A stretch of DNA of 64,000 nucleotides from assembly GCA_001179505.1 (NCBI GenBank), contig CDMY01000405.1:124001-188000 (forward strand), in the 5' to 3' direction. This DNA is from Vitrella brassicaformis CCMP3155 (lineage: Eukaryota; Protista; Chromerida). Shown piece after piece: positions 63,632 through 64,000 of the stretch. The notes beneath the pieces were generated by a model, which was not told where the DNA came from, searched no databases, and saw only the letters and a list, made by a program, of their open reading frames with translations. How positions within the stretch are numbered: the first letter of the stretch is position 1; every line of letters begins with the position of its first letter. A program made the translations under genes and the position numbers.

Positions 63632-64000
63632 GGCGCCAGACAGGCAGGCAAGCAGGCTGGGCAGACAGGCTCCCTCCACTCGTTCCATTCCATCCATCCA
63701 GTCTCTTGTTTCTCTCCTTAATTGGGCCATACATACAAAACAGACGTGCACACACTCCCACACCGATACACACGTACGCACACGGCCTTGTGTGTGGGTG
63801 TGGTCGTGTGTGCGGCATCCAGCCAGCCAGCCAGCCAGCCATCCTTCCATCCCCACACATACAGCTATGGGCTAAAGACATCCAAGCAGCCAAGCAGTGA
63901 GCTAGTTAGTGGCAGCCAGGCAGCCAGGCAGGCAGACAGGCAGACAGGGAGGGCGGGCGGGCTAGGGGCGGGGTAGGGTGATGGAATGGATGGATGGATG
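60600..64000. repeat. Microsatellite-rich, gene-poor region ((CA)n, (GACA)n, (CATC)n, (CCAG)n, (GA)n, (CACGT)n)
   Basis: Dense short tandem repeats of several units and no convincing ORF. Confidence 0.8.
62050..62349. other. Assembly gap (300 N) between G-rich tracts
   Basis: Run of N flanked by GGGGAGGGG-type sequence. Confidence 1.

Noticed and set aside
1-64000. CRISPR arrays, rRNA/tRNA genes, transposases or retroelement ORFs
   Set aside because: No repeat-spacer structure, RNA gene signature, RT/integrase/transposase motif or terminal repeat was seen by eye. tRNAscan-SE and RepeatMasker were not run.

Overview
Intron-dense, GC-rich eukaryotic genomic DNA. Short GT-AG introns packed with (CA/GT)n, (GACA)n and (GATG)n microsatellites, bipartite signal+transit leaders and an SF-assemblin gene point to a chromerid alveolate, probably Vitrella brassicaformis (inference). 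I can reconstruct about 14 spliced protein genes by hand. In order: a plastid-type rhodanese protein (runs off the left end); a small secreted Cys-rich protein; a prominin-like multi-pass membrane protein; a possibly N-myristoylated hypothetical with a duplicated segment across an assembly gap; a signal-peptide OTU protease; a giant (~65-intron) signal-peptide/GPI-type modular surface protein; a ThrA-type aspartate kinase ending in what looks like a decayed homoserine dehydrogenase domain, head-to-head with a class I/II PLP aminotransferase; plastid-targeted ribosomal protein L9; a large N-CoR/Snt1-like SANT protein; a plastid-targeted SANT/Myb-like protein; a candidate microtubule inner protein; mitochondrial-type ribosomal protein L9; SF-assemblin; and a hypothetical protein. 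There are three 300-N placeholder gaps. I found no rRNA, tRNA, CRISPR array or recognisable transposon. Exon boundaries were inferred by eye and gene ends are approximate where stated.
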